Assembly (NCBI GenBank): GCA_020536535.1
Contig: JAHLWZ010000582.1
Location: 1 to 64,000, forward strand
Direction: 5' to 3'
Source: Pelomyxa schiedti
Lineage: Eukaryota > Protista > Evosea
DNA: 64,000 nt
Shown here piece by piece: positions 25,712 through 38,170 of this stretch. The notes below the pieces were generated by a model that did not search any database, had not been told where the DNA came from, and worked only from the letters and a program-made list of their open reading frames with translations. A program made the translations under genes and the position numbers. The stretch's first letter is position 1. Every line of letters starts with the position of its first letter.

Positions 25712-27586
25712 AGGCCGGGGCAGCACGGGGAGGCGGCGGCGGCGGGGCTCAGGCACTCGGCGGGAGTCTGGGGGCACGAGTGGAGCGACGGCCAGGGCGA
25801 GAGCGAGAGCGAGGGCGGCGGCGGCGGCGGGGAGCGCGGCTGGGTGCCGGGCGACGACGACGCCGCCGGCTCCCAGTCCGACCATGCCGGCGAACGCGGG
25901 CTTGCTGCTGTGTTTGCTGCGGCAGTGAAGAAGCTGGGGGCCGTGGAAGGGGGAGCGGGAGGAGGGAGGCCGAAGTGGAAGATAGAGGGGGGTGCGGTGG
26001 TGGGTAGTACGGAACCGGGCAGGCAAGAGGTTGGTGATGCAGCAGCCGAGAGCGGCGGTGGAAAGATATTGGGTGTAGGAGGGCTGAAGGGGTAGCGCGG
26101 TGGAGGAGTGTTCGCCGGAGCGTCGGTGTTTTGGTGCAGGTCTTGGGGGTGGGGTACACAACAACCACCGTGTGGAGAGGTGTAGTCATAGTCCTCGGCT
26201 GGGGGAGCTGGTGTGTTTGGCCTGTATTGCTGGCCCTTGGGGAGCACATTAGCTTGGCCACAGTAGGCTTTAAGAGCATCCAGCTGTTCCTGCAACTGGC
26301 ATATCAGGGCCTTCACTTCTAATTGCTTAAGTTGAGTGGCTTGCGCCTCTACAGCTTTTTCTTTTTGGAGTTGCTGGTTCAACAGAAACGCATTACTAGA
26401 GGATAGAGACTGTGAGGATACTGGTTGTTGGTCTGGAGTTGCTGCTTTCAAACATAAAGTTGGTGGAACCTCCGCTCCTTCACTGTTTTCTCCTAGACTG
26501 ACAAAGGGATTCCTGGATTCGGTATGTCCCAGCTGCCCACTCGATTTTTGCGGATTCCGTTCTATCACCGGGTAATTAACTGGAATCCAGCCACCTCTGG
26601 GCCCTAGAAGGCCCCGGGGGAAATATGCAGCTCCAGTATATGCCTGAAGGAACTGGTAGTGTATCCATCCAATTTGATGAGTGTATGCTTCAATATGGCC
26701 ACTGGCGCATTCCAGTTGAGTGTAAGTTGTAACTACAACGGGGAATTGGTGATGAGGAGAAAGACAGGCATGAAAATCGAGGAATTTGGTTTTGGGAAGA
26801 CTAATGGTACTCAAATGTTGTTGAAGAGCACTCAATACGGCGAGAATATCCTGATGAGGTAACCCCACTTGGTATTCCAGTCTCACTGTAACTGCTCCCA
26901 AGGAATTTCTGATCTGAGAGCTATTCGTCTCTTTCTTTGCATGACCTCGGAGTGTGAAATGTGGTGAACAAACCCAGCCACTTCCAAAACTCAGCAACAG
27001 CCTAAGATCAGAATTTTCGAAATGCCTGTACAAATTGACTTGTTACATGGCAGAAACTCAAAGTCATTAAACATACTTGGAGGTTGTACACTGTGGTATG
27101 AAAGAAAATTTGCATTGTTCGCCAACTGAATCCTTACTCCAGTGAATTGGATCGCAAATTTTGATTGTTTTCTTTGAACCAGATGATAGTGGAGGGCACT
27201 GTAAGCACAAAGAAGCATCTGGAAATTGAGAAACCGTAAAAAATGTATTATATACAGTAACAGAAAGTTATTACCAAGTTTATTCCGGTATTTCAGTTTG
27301 TGCCAATCAGAAGCAGGAATAGCCCTTACAACTCTACACTTTTGGATTGCTGATATGATTGTGTCATGAGTCACTTCACGATGTTTCTTCAGCCACACGT
27401 ATGACAACTTCAGTACAGCCTGAGAACACAAAGTCAGAGACTGAGAAACAAATAGATTGTTGAGAAACAGACCTCGCAAGGAGTGCTTTTGCGGCAAACG
27501 GGGGTTTCGGGATCAAATTGAAGAGAAACATCCTCATTGGGGTGGAATTGTGTTTTGGGAACTGGTAACAGTGGCGGGAACAGCAT
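25480..27586 (-). CDS. Putative CudA-like transcription factor (paralog 1) with Gln/Pro-rich tail
   Basis: Spliced frame gives CLQC...EQCKFSFIPQCTTSK|HFENSDLRLLLSFGSGWVCSPHFTLRGHAKK, the same pattern as the gene at 61469-63015; start approximate. Confidence 0.5.
25672..25711 (-). repeat. (CAG/CAA)n poly-glutamine tract
   Basis: gctgttgttgttgctgctgct... on plus strand; poly-Q in the minus-strand ORF. Confidence 0.85.
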
Positions 27587-27768
27587 CTTTTCTTCGAACC
27601 CCTTTGTCCTCACTCCCCTGGCCCCTACGAGCGAACACCGGTGGTTGTTGTGATAAAAAAGAGAAGAAGAATAATGGATAACTTGGTCCTTTTTACCTTG
27701 TGGGAGCTTTGAAGCCGTTGGGTGGGTTTCCCAGGGAAAGGAACGTCAAGGAGGAACTCCAAAATGCC

Positions 27769-29639
27769 GATGGAAGATGTGAATTTATTCAAGTGCTTTC
27801 CGCTCCTGTCACATCAAAGACGCCCTTACGGAGCAGTCGCGACTTCCAAAAAAATTGCGAATCTTGCAGAATGCCCGTCCGGCGTTTGCAAACGTCGTTT
27901 TCGCGGTAATGATCATTACTGGTGATGTCGTGAACAATATACTAAAAATGGTGTGAGCCTGTCATTGCCGGTCTAGTTATTTTGTGGATGCTCTTAGCTC
28001 GTTTGGTTCCTAGTGGTTTGTATGAAAACCATCTTTTTTTTTAGTATGTCATTCATTACCCTAACTTTCTGTACAGTGAGGCTGCGGGTTGTTGGGAATT
28101 GTATTGTGGCCTGTCAGGTTGCCGGTATTGTGTTCTGTATCTTGTTTGTGGTCATTTACCCCCAGTCCAACTTGCATGAGGTTTGTGGTATTCTTTTCTT
28201 ATCTGAAATACTAAGACTACTACAATACTATTAATAGTTTCATGTACAACCATCTCACACAAGAATTATAAATTATAAGATAAGGGAACCTTGGGTGATT
28301 GTCTTCGCACCACTCCTGATTCTGCCATTGATTATTGGAATCCCTATGCTTTTCTCATCCATTTCCGACTGTTTTAAGAAAAAGGATGGCAATTTGTGGG
28401 TAAGTTCGGAGCCTCGTGGTAATGCAATAATAACTTCCAGTGAGTGTGGGAAATTCTTTGGAGACATCATTCGTGGTGTAATATTACTGAGTTTCCTAAC
28501 CTTAATTGAGAGCTTTCTCATCGTTCTCTTTTTTCACGTTCGGTACTCCTTCAGGATTTTGTAAAAGCAATTAATGTGCGGAAATAACAGAAACCACGTG
28601 CCTACTGAGATTTTCGTCTATGTACCTTTGTGGACTATTTCTTTGGTTTTCCACTGTTGTCTCTCCTTAGCATTACCTACTTTTTAGTTGTTACTGGTTT
28701 ATGGGGTATTGTTGCTTCTTCACTGGTCCATGTTGCGTCATCTCCCTCAAAAGACTGTTCCCTTGAGACCAGTATTTGGAGACCAAAGCAGAATCTCAAC
28801 AGTAAGCAATTGAAGTATAATCTAAGCTGGTAACATTAAGTGAAGAGAGACTGCAACGAACAGCCTGTTGCTATCAAGAAACAGCAGGAGTTTACTGTTG
28901 GCATTATTTCGATAGTGACTTGTCTCTTTGTTGCAATTTCCGCCACACTTATCTGTCTAAAACGGTGCTTCACGGAGTCCATTCCATGGTATAGCCATCG
29001 CGAAATGATGTAGATAAATAACTCACGTTGTAGGGCTGCAGTTTTCTTGCCCTGGCAGGTAGCACTCTCTGCGTAACAGAATTTAATGGCCAAATGAAAA
29101 AAAAAAAAAAAGGTGGATACTTGACTTGTTTGCTTTGATATCTGGGGCTGCACTCATTGTCTACTCACCAGGCGCCGGCAGTGATGCACTGTTTCCAGTA
29201 AGAGAACCCTAATGTGATTACACTACGGACACCTAAGTAATAGAATACAACACGAACCAGACCATCCCATCATCTGTTTTGACTCACACATGTTGTACAG
29301 ATACACCAAGTCTGCCTGTTCGAAGTTGTAGTAGCTGCATTCTCGGCCTTCGAGGTCTCAGTCCTCCTCTACCTCAAGGACAAGGACGCGACCACCAAGG
29401 CCGTCGCCTCGTCCCTCCTCCCGCTGCTCCTCCCACAATCCCAATCCGACCGACATGCAATCTCAGGAGTCGCCGACGCCGCCGGGACACGGGAGGGCTA
29501 CGGCGCCGCCATGCTAGTAACGGCTCTGGGCGCCCAGGCTCTGTCTCTGTTGCTGGGCCTCATGCTTGTGTGCGGGAGAAACAGACACGCCCATGTTTTC
29601 TGCAACGGCGCTGAGGATGGACCCGAGCAGGACACGTGA
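27769..29639 (+). CDS. Multi-pass membrane protein of unknown function
   Basis: Series of hydrophobic plus-strand exons (VAGIVFCILFVVIYP, IVFAPLLILPLIIG, LLSLLSITYFLVV, ALSLLLGLMLV); boundaries approximate. Confidence 0.5.
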
Positions 29640-29774
29640 CTTGCTGCGTGCAAGTTGATGGGCCAAGTTCTAACTTCTTTCTTTCTGTTTTTGTGGCGGT
29701 GAAGGGAGAACAAGAAAACAAACCCGCCGGGTGGATTGAGTGAATTGATTTATCTTTTTTTCATTTGCTAGAAG

Positions 29775-29899
29775 GCACAGCTGCGCTAATTCACAAGTGT
29801 TTATCATCAGGCTGGAAGGTGGGTCACCACCTGCACACCCCCCGTGAAAGGGATTATGGTGTGCTACCATCACCACACCCGCGGATTAGCACAATGTGC
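29775..29899 (-). promoter_or_regulatory. SECIS element (type II) in the 3'UTR of the DsbA/FrnE-like gene, with a 19-nt insertion in helix II
   Basis: Helix I CGCGGGTGT/ACACTTGTG extended by GCTAAT/ATTAGC; core GTGAT (29873-29869) and TGAT (29809-29806); helix II GGTAGCACACC/GGTGTGC-AG-[19 nt]-CC; apical ATAA plus ministem TCCC/GGGG. Confidence 0.7.
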
Positions 29900-29969
29900 T
29901 GCTGGCAAATGTCAAAGGAAACCTCAACTCAGCCCAACGTCATTGTGCAGTACAAGCAGTACAACAGCC

Positions 29970-30911
29970 TCACATCAGCAATTGTTTGAATTGCTGCAAA
30001 AAGTATGAACTCGGTTGGGCACCAGAGCTCAAACGTGCCCTTGCCTTGTTTCCAGGAGTGTAAATAGAAAAGAAGGGAACACCATCCACTCCATCCACTT
30101 TGGCTTTCTGATCAAGTGCTGTCACTTCTGTGATGTGGTTGGTGTAGTTAATAATAATAAGGGAAGATACCAGCTTTGTACTTTGTCGATTTTAAAACAG
30201 TAAGTGTGTCCGGAAGCCCGCACTCAGTACCAGCCTCCGCCAATACATTGATATCACTGATATTCTTTCCCTCTTCGTACAGATATCTAAATAAATTGAG
30301 TTCCGCCTTGGTGATTTACCTCCTACCGAAAAAGGATGTTCATTACTTCATCTTCCTTGCCATTGTCTGCAGCATAAAGGGACAGTCGGTGAGCATGAAA
30401 AGTGTTGGGCCACCATGTCCTGGAGGAGTGAAGATAAGAAAAAAATCATAAGGCCAAAGAAAACCACACCAGTTGGAGAAATTGGCACCGTCAGCTCTGC
30501 CCATGTCCCTCATTGAGTAAGTCCAACCATCACCGCCCCACCGCCTCCGGTTGTAGGCCATATATTCTTCTCCATTAGGCTTTGTTCCCGTGTCAATCAT
30601 GAACGGAAACCATTTCACCTAAAACAGAAAATAAGACAATCACCAAATGGCACATAGAAGAGCCAGTGTTGGGATACATAAATTAGAGAATAAATGGTGC
30701 ATAGTAACATTTTCAATTAAAAAGGAGAAGTACCCTAATGGATGCTGTAGGGTGCAGCGCTTTTGCTTTTGCAATGGCTGCATCCAGTCGCACTTTGGCG
30801 ACGTAACACCAAGGTCAGGCTGCGAATGGTAAATACGTTACGAAAAAAGCATACAGCCCACATACCAAGATCCGAGATGACGTCCACTTGAACGACTTTA
30901 TTCGCTGCCAT
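29970..30911 (-). CDS. DsbA/FrnE-like thioredoxin-fold selenoprotein (UPWC active site; in-frame TGA at 30815-30817)
   Basis: Spliced with 5 canonical introns: MAANKVVQVDVISDLA-TGA-PWCYVAKVRLD..KWFPF..WWPNTFHAHRL..YEEGKNISD..GVDGVPFF..SGAQP..LLM*; TGA sits at the first Cys of CPWC; SECIS downstream. Confidence 0.88.
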
Positions 30912-31489
30912 TACGTTCTGCAACCACCAGCCACGAAGTTTCCTTTTGTTTCTTTTAATTGGATCTACAAAGCAACTGCCCATCTGGAAACAGCGGAATC
31001 TCGGTCCTTGGAGGAGAGCCGAGATTTCCGTTCTGAGAGATCAACGGGGAGCAGTGGGGCTGGGCCTAAAGTGCCAAAACACGCTCTCTCGGCCGGGGAT
31101 TGGTGTAGAGGGATTGTTCTTTGAAAATGCCGGGGATGAACTGTGGTTCTCGGTGGCTCGCTTCAGGAAAAAGAGTTTTTCGCTCAAACTTTTTTTGTTT
31201 GAAACTTCTTTTTAAGATTAATTAGGGAAGTTAACGCCCGCCATTAGCTGCGGCCCTACTACAGTAGCATTAGTGCATTATTAATACCACACCCGCATAC
31301 TGTTGTCCGGTACAAACAAGGTGCTGTTGAGATCTCGTTGTAGTTACCGAGCGAGGTGTCGGAACAAACATTTGCAAGTACTAGTCAAATAAACGCGTAC
31401 AGTTGGGACATTGTTGTCGTCGTGGTATGTGACAACAAAGCCAAATAAAACGACCATCTAAAACAAAAGCAAACAGAAACCGCTCAAAC

Positions 31490-32598
31490 ATGGGACAGTG
31501 CGTCCCTAAGCACGACAAAAAGAAGCGCGATGCGCCCTCGCCTTCTTCGTCACACAGCTCCACGCCAGCTGATTCTCCTGCTGTTGGTGTGGGGGCAACA
31601 TCGGTCGCTACATCAACGGGGGTTGAATTAGCTCCTAAACATGACCCACATGACAAAAGAAAGTACCTCTCCACCCTAGTAAAGATGTTTGCTCTGGCCT
31701 TCATTTTTACACCTTTATGCAGGTCCAAAGCACCTGTGTGGTCCAAAAAAAAAGCGGAGGACTTCTTTGAACATTACAAAGGTCCTGACTCTACAATGGG
31801 TCCCGATCAGATTGTAACATTATGTAACGATTTGGCCATTCAGCCTGAAGATGTACTTCTTTCTCCCTTGCATTGTTTCTTTCTCACTTCCATCAGGTAG
31901 TACTACTTGTAATAGCCTGGTATTGCAGTGCGAGGACTATGGGCGTGTTTACTCATGACGAGTTCATTGCGGGTCTGCAAAAATTAGAGTGAGTTATCCA
32001 CAAGAGAAGCGTAATGTCTAATCCCAACCAGAATTGATAGTCTTGTCTCTCTGAAAGCTAAATTGAAGCAGCTTAGACAGCAACTTGACCAGCCTGCAGT
32101 ATTCAAGGATGTCTTTAGATTCACTTTCTTATTTTATCGTGGAGAGGACACGAAAGTGCTGGGTAAAAATCTCCCCTTTCCTTTCCTTCAATTCTGATTT
32201 TTCTAGATTTGGGCACAGCAGATTCCATTCTTGGCCTTTTAATGGAGAACCGGAATGATATTACTCCTTGGTTCCAGGAGTACCTGAAGCAAGTAAGTTA
32301 GGTTGTTCACAAACATGGTCATACTTACTCTTTGTCAAGCAAACTGCCTACAAGGCTCTTAATCTTGATCAATGGATGAGCTTCTACGAGCTCTCTCTTA
32401 CCCTACACCAAGACCTCTCGGGCTATGATCCCGACGGAGCTTGTAAGACCAACACCATTCATAAGTCATCCAAATCCCACTCACCAAAATTTAGGGCCAG
32501 TGTTGCTTGATGATTTTGTTGATTGGTGCAGGATCAACAAGAAGTCTTCTTCCACAGGGCACAGCCACACCAGCACAATTACTTCTGTGGATTTGTAA
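31490..32598 (+). CDS. DCN1-like protein (cullin neddylation, PONY domain) with MGQC N-terminal acylation motif
   Basis: MGPDQIVTLCNDLAIQPED|VVLLVIAW..MGVFTHDEFIAGL..FKDVFRFTF..LNLDQW..YDPDGA|WPVLLDDFVDW; N-terminus resembles DCUN1D3. Confidence 0.9.
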
Positions 32599-32689
32599 AA
32601 AAACACAGCTCCTCGTGTCTATTGAATGTACAATCTAGAGGCATTTTTATTGTGATCCAAAATTTTTTTTGTTTGGAAAAAAATAAAAT

Positions 32690-33487
32690 GACGACTTTTT
32701 TGTTATCCTTGAATTCCAAAACGACAAGAACCGTACTAACAATGAGTACTTCAAGACTCTGTGTGCCCTGAAGGAGGAAGATGCAACATAAATTTGTGGG
32801 TGAGAGGCGAAAAGGAGTAAAATGGAGGCACAAGTTCCCCGCAACAGCTTGGAAAGGCATTCGTTCTTCCGTACGGCTAAGAATAGGTTCAAGCTTGAGA
32901 AGGCCGAGCAGCGTGCGCAGTACCGCTTTCTGAAGGTTCTTGCAGTTTTGGGCTGAGGGGTGTTTGTTCTAAGTTGGGGATTACTGTAGATGCAATATGG
33001 GCTAAAGAAGCAAGAGTACGCACTGAACAAGAAGCTCACGGGGCTTAGGGTGAGGTGGAAGGAGCCAAACCTTGGACCTTTGGAGCGAAGGTCGAGGGTG
33101 GACCAACTGACTGCTCCCCAGAGCCAAGAAGTATGAATTTGACACTGATATAACATATTGGCAATGATATGAAATGGATAGAATATCCTGCAGTAATGAG
33201 CTGAAATGACTTATTCCTGCTTTACCAACAGTTGCAACGTATGAAGCAAGACCTGCAGGCTAAGAAGAGAGAGACAAAAGAGAACGTGTCGCGCTTCCAC
33301 AGAATATTCAAGAGTATGCCTAATACATTCTTTGTGAAACAATTTTACTCATTTTTACGCAGATGACAAGAAGGTGCTGAAAGGCAAGATTGTTGACACC
33401 AACAAGGGTGGCACAGCGACGACATCTGCCGCATCCGGGATCTCTCCTTCTACCATACAACCCACAGCGCCGGTCTACAGCATCTGA
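32690..33487 (+). CDS. Hypothetical basic coiled-coil protein
   Basis: Plus-strand exon-like segments (RFKLEKAEQRAQYRFLK, LQRMKQDLQAKKRETKENVSRF) bounded by GT/AG; structure poorly resolved. Confidence 0.3.
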
Positions 33488-33631
33488 TTTTGTTACTGTT
33501 CTGTCTGTCTTGAAACTTTCTGCAATTTGGTTGTTTGATGGCCGTTCCCTGCTTCTGTGTTGTTGCATTTTTTGTTATTATCCTTTTGGTAGTAGGGCGC
33601 TGTAAGTGAAGGGAACCGAGATCTCGTGCAG

Positions 33632-36379
33632 ATGTTGAAACATAGGGGAAAGGAGAAGTTCCGCATTGAGTTCACGGTTACCGTGCAAAAGGTCGCTGGT
33701 TGTTGGTTATTGCCTCCCTCTGACTTTTTTCTTTTTTTACCCGTGCAGCTCATTGGAATGCGTGATTACCCTTCTTCAGTTGTGTTCTTGTCATGGCGAA
33801 GAGGTTTTTTTTTTTTGCCCATGAAACACAATAAATCCCAGAGTTTTCGTTCCCTAACTTGTGGAGGGAGCAAGAAGAAGACCGGTACTACGAAATTAGT
33901 TAAAGTGACACCACCTCCTGGTGAGGATACTCCTTTCAACGAAAAGATTTCCTTTTCTTGCACTATGTTTAAAGACCAGTCAACAAAGCAGTATGACTCT
34001 AAACAAATGAGCATAACACGTAAGAACACACTGAGTGCAGACTAGTTTATTTAACACTCTCTTTGATTTAGTAAAAGAAGTTACAAAGAAGTCCCCCAAG
34101 CACATTGGCAAATTAAGATTGAACTTGGCCACTTATGCAATGAATCCTGCTGGCACAAGCACCACAACAACACAGTCCACTCCTTTTGTTTTTGAAAGGA
34201 AAAAGGAACTAAGCTCCTCAAAGCCAACTGTGTATGTATGTAGATTAAGCTTCTCTATCATAAGTTGTCCTTCATAACCACCTCTCTAGCTTTCTTTTGT
34301 GGCAACACCACTTAAATATGGAAATCATAGTATTGCCAAGTGAGGCTCCTTTACAATTTGTTCCTTGTCACTGTTGCACTTTTTAGGCTTGACAGTGAGG
34401 CTGGACCCCGACCAGGCCTCATGATCAAGGACATTGAAGGGACCCTATACAGTCTTGAGGCATCCTCTGCCAAGTCTGACACAAGTATAGACTCTGCCAG
34501 TGTTGCCTCAGATGTTGATGTTCGTATTTACTTAAACGAGTAGTGTAAGCTAAGATTCACAGCTAGAGGCTGAAAAGGACCTAACTCTTGACACCCCTAC
34601 GGATATCTCTCCCGAAGTTCAAGCTTTACAGGAAGAACTTGAAGTAATGACAAACTTTTTGAGAGTATAAGCTCAACATTTTTCATAAAAAAGATGGTCA
34701 GACTGGAGAGCTTCGAAAAGTTGAATAGAATAAAGGAACAGGATGCTGAGCTGCAAGAACTAAGAGGCAATTTTGCAAGCACACAGAATTCCTATCAGAT
34801 ACTGGTAAATAATTCTTTCCATATTAGATTGGCTCTGCTGACCCACTTTAGTGGCAAAATACAACGAAGCTATTGAAACAAGCTGATGTAGAATTGAGAA
34901 AATTTACATCAAATCCTCCCGATTTCCAGCAAAAGTTACAACAAATGGTTTAGTATTTGATACATTTATTCAGCTCAGCTTTCATTAGATGGCCAAATCG
35001 GCACCGCTTACATCCAGTACCACTTCCACAACATCAACATCAACCTCCACCACGACATCTTCGACAGTAAACAGAGAGGTTACTTCCACATAAATGTATT
35101 TTTTTTTGGCTCAATAAAAATATACAGGTGAGCCGTGAATCTTCGTTTATTGAACAGCAAATATATCTTGCACCAGTTCAATTTGAGCCAGATTCTGGGA
35201 CACCTGTTACCGCGAAATCTGTAAAATTCCTGTCCTCTCCAATTTACACTATAACTATTCCCCTTGTAGATCATGAGTCAACTGGAGGTATGGAAGTGTT
35301 TTTCATCTCCACTTTCGGCGACTCGTAACTTCTTTGATCGAATTTGTGGTGCAATTGAAACTGTCTGCAATGTACATTTCTAGTTTGTAATGAACCTGCC
35401 TTCTCAATACTCAACCAAACTTTCTTGCTACAGCAAAAACCTGGCCTTCCACGGATGTGTTATTGGTTATCTGTAACCTATGGCCTAATTACCCTGTGTC
35501 GGGACCGTATGTTACGAAATGCAGACGAGAAACCAACATTATGTGGCTTCGAGCAAGCTCTGACGAAAACTGGCTTCATTGTCTACTCTACTGTTGTTGC
35601 CCATATCACAGGGGTAAGAAACATTTATCCGGGTACCCTTTTCTCACTGCATGAATAGAAATTGCAGTTATATCTCGTTTCAGCTTTACTGCAGGAACGA
35701 CAAGAAGAAATGTACCTGGCAGTACAACTTCTTTCCATTATTTCTGACTACCATTAGTGCCACAAGACTTCTTCAGTCAGTTCCCCGAGTTTCAACAGTG
35801 TTTGGGGTTTTGGACAGAAGCCTTTTTACGTTACGAGGAAGTAGGGTACCTGAACCCGTGGTTCAACAATTTTTCACACAGATTTTTTACTTCATCTCTG
35901 CTCATCTCTTTAACCATGTTGCATGCAATGAGTAGTGTGACGTAGTTATGGTGCTCTATTAACATTCTTTAGAATTTCTGTACCTCTTAACACTGGGCTC
36001 GCTTTACAACTAGCAGTAACGAGATTAGAGGAATGGGCAACAAAAAATAACCTTACCAACACAATGTAGCGTTAGCCATTTCCATTCGCACTATGTCTCA
36101 CTACCTCTCAGGGGACAGCTCGAGCCTCTGACTGAAACAGCAACGGTGCTAGTATCGGTACTTTCTGACAATGCTCTGCTTGCGCATTCTTGTCAGGCCC
36201 TTTCCGTCGCTCAGCTTAAGCACTTAATACTGACCCTGACACCAGACATGTACTTTTTCATCTCTTTCTTCCCTTTACCTTCTTACACTACAAACAGAAG
36301 CCCAACACTCGCCACCAAGCTGAAAATCAGTGATGATATCAAATTCAATGAGACACTTATTCACCCTGTTTCCTTTTGA
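33632..36379 (+). CDS. NT-C2 (EEIG1/EHBP1-type) domain, coiled coil and Dilute (DIL) domain protein
   Basis: N-term KFRIEFTVTVQK..FLSWRRG..FNEKISFSCTMFKD..IGKLRLNLATYA; C-term VVQQFFTQIFYFISAHLFN..LEEW..LEPL..CQALSVAQL. Confidence 0.85.
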
Positions 36380-36449
36380 TGAGCCTTGTTGGGCTGGGAA
36401 CATACCACACAAAACAATAAATACAGAAGAAAGTGGGTAAATTTTGAGT

Positions 36450-37950
36450 TTAATTTTTAGAAGGGTTTGCAATACTTGTGTTTTGGTCTTGCAACTGCTG
36501 TAATGAGGCAGTTTCTGGCCTTGATCTTCTTCTGAAGGCTACCCCTTTTCCCAGTCCCAGAATTTCACGTTGTGTAGCTGTTAGTGGAAGAGAGGCTATT
36601 GGTGTTGTTGTTGTTACTGGAGGTAGTGGTGTTTGAGGGCTGGGCAGGGTGTGTGGCTCTTGTGGAATTGGAACGGGAATGGAAGATGGAACTGGACTGG
36701 TGTGTGGGGCAATTGTTGGGGATTCTGTGCTGGTGAGTGCAGGAGTTCTTATTGTGTTGGGGGCTGTGGCATTGTCATCAGTGGGGGATGTGAGCATCTT
36801 GGGTTTTTTTTTGTGGTGATGCTTGCGTTTTTTCCTCCTGTGCTTACCTCTCTTACCCTCTTTTGCCGGAGCTTTTGCAGGGGACGACCGTGAAGGCGGT
36901 GGGGCACAGGCGGTTGATGGCGTGGATGAACTCATAGGCACTGTGGTTATTTTGGCGTGCTTTGTGGGAGGGTCTACTTCTTGTAGTGAGTGTGCCCGTA
37001 TTTTTGGTAATGGTTGAGGGATCCAAAGTGGATATGCTTTTGTGTAGCTCTTGGCGTAAGTAACAACAGCTTGCACAAGGTTATCAACACCTTGGGTAAT
37101 AACAGCATCTTCACTAATGCATGTCCTGTCACGCTTCAGACCAAGTTAGGGAGGAAAATATGTCACAGACTTACTTTAATACCAACAGTAAAAGAGTGGT
37201 TAGTGCCTACAATGGTCCCAAGTGTCGAGCTATTTGTGCCCAAAAGGCATATAGGAACACCTGCCATATTTGCCATTAAAGGGAGGTGCATCACAGCCAT
37301 GCGTGACACTGTATAAGACATTATTGTAGGAAATATGTTTTGGAACACACTTTCTGAGGTTTCAGATATCATAAGGCATTCCATAATTGAATTCTCTTTA
37401 CCCAGTAAGTGTTTCAATGGAAGAGCACTCAAACAAAGCTACACCATACTTTGTTCATGTTGCATACAATCTTCAAGTGCTTCAGTTACTCTGTTCACAC
37501 CCAGTAGCAGACATTTTTTTAGCATTCTCCATTTCTGTGAAGATGAAAAACAACAAATAGAGTTAAGCGTTTACATGTACTTTTTTTTTAAAAAAAATTA
37601 CTGTTCGTTTAGTACGGTCATTAACAACTGCAAGCACACATACAGGTTTAGAAATGCGGTCTCCTGATGGGAGGAAACACAGCCCCACCAACCGTCTTAG
37701 AACGTTGGTTGACATTGGGCCAGCCTTCTCTACTGGAACAGATTGAACCCTGAAGATGTTTACTGTTGAGAACTAATTCCAAAACATTGAAGGAAACACC
37801 CAACAAGAAGGTAGTAAGAGCAAAAAATAGAAGAAACAAACCAAGGAGTGAAAAAATCGAAGTGAGAAGTATCCACCTCCCATAAGGCGTGCTTGTCGTG
37901 CAGAGCCTGCTTCTTCTTCAGCGCCTCCAACATTTCTTCTCATCACCTGA
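36450..37950 (-). CDS. L7Ae-family protein resembling RNase P/MRP subunit Rpp38/Pop3, with Lys/Pro-rich tail
   Basis: LLLGVNRVTEALE and MAVMHLPLMANMAGVPICLLGTNSSTLGTIV..LGLK match Rpp38-type L7Ae motifs; 5' exons approximate. Confidence 0.55.
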
Positions 37951-38170
37951 TGAAATTAATTATTGCTCTAAGAGATTTGGTCCACCAATTGAGAACAAGA
38001 GCCTCTCAAATGATTATCCCAAGGAACCACAACCTCTTTTTTTGCTTTCCACTCTTCTGACTCCCAGACTGCTGAGGATGAACCCGAATCCACAAGAATC
38101 CCCTGGTTTCGTTTCTTCGAACAGGAACAACAAAAGTTGGCACCGTTTACCGGACACCCCACAGCAAAAA

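Noticed and set aside
29925-29945. ATGAC-GTTGGGCTG as an alternative SECIS 5' arm pairing with CAGCCTGAT
   Set aside because: The GA/GA quartet is out of register, the loop exceeds 100 nt and there is no apical AA; the GTGAT-based fold explains far more pairing
36450-37950. L7Ae protein near a selenoprotein might be SECIS-binding protein SBP2
   Set aside because: The motif GVNRVTEALE fits Rpp38/Pop3; the SBP2-type GLREVxK and SID motifs are not seen
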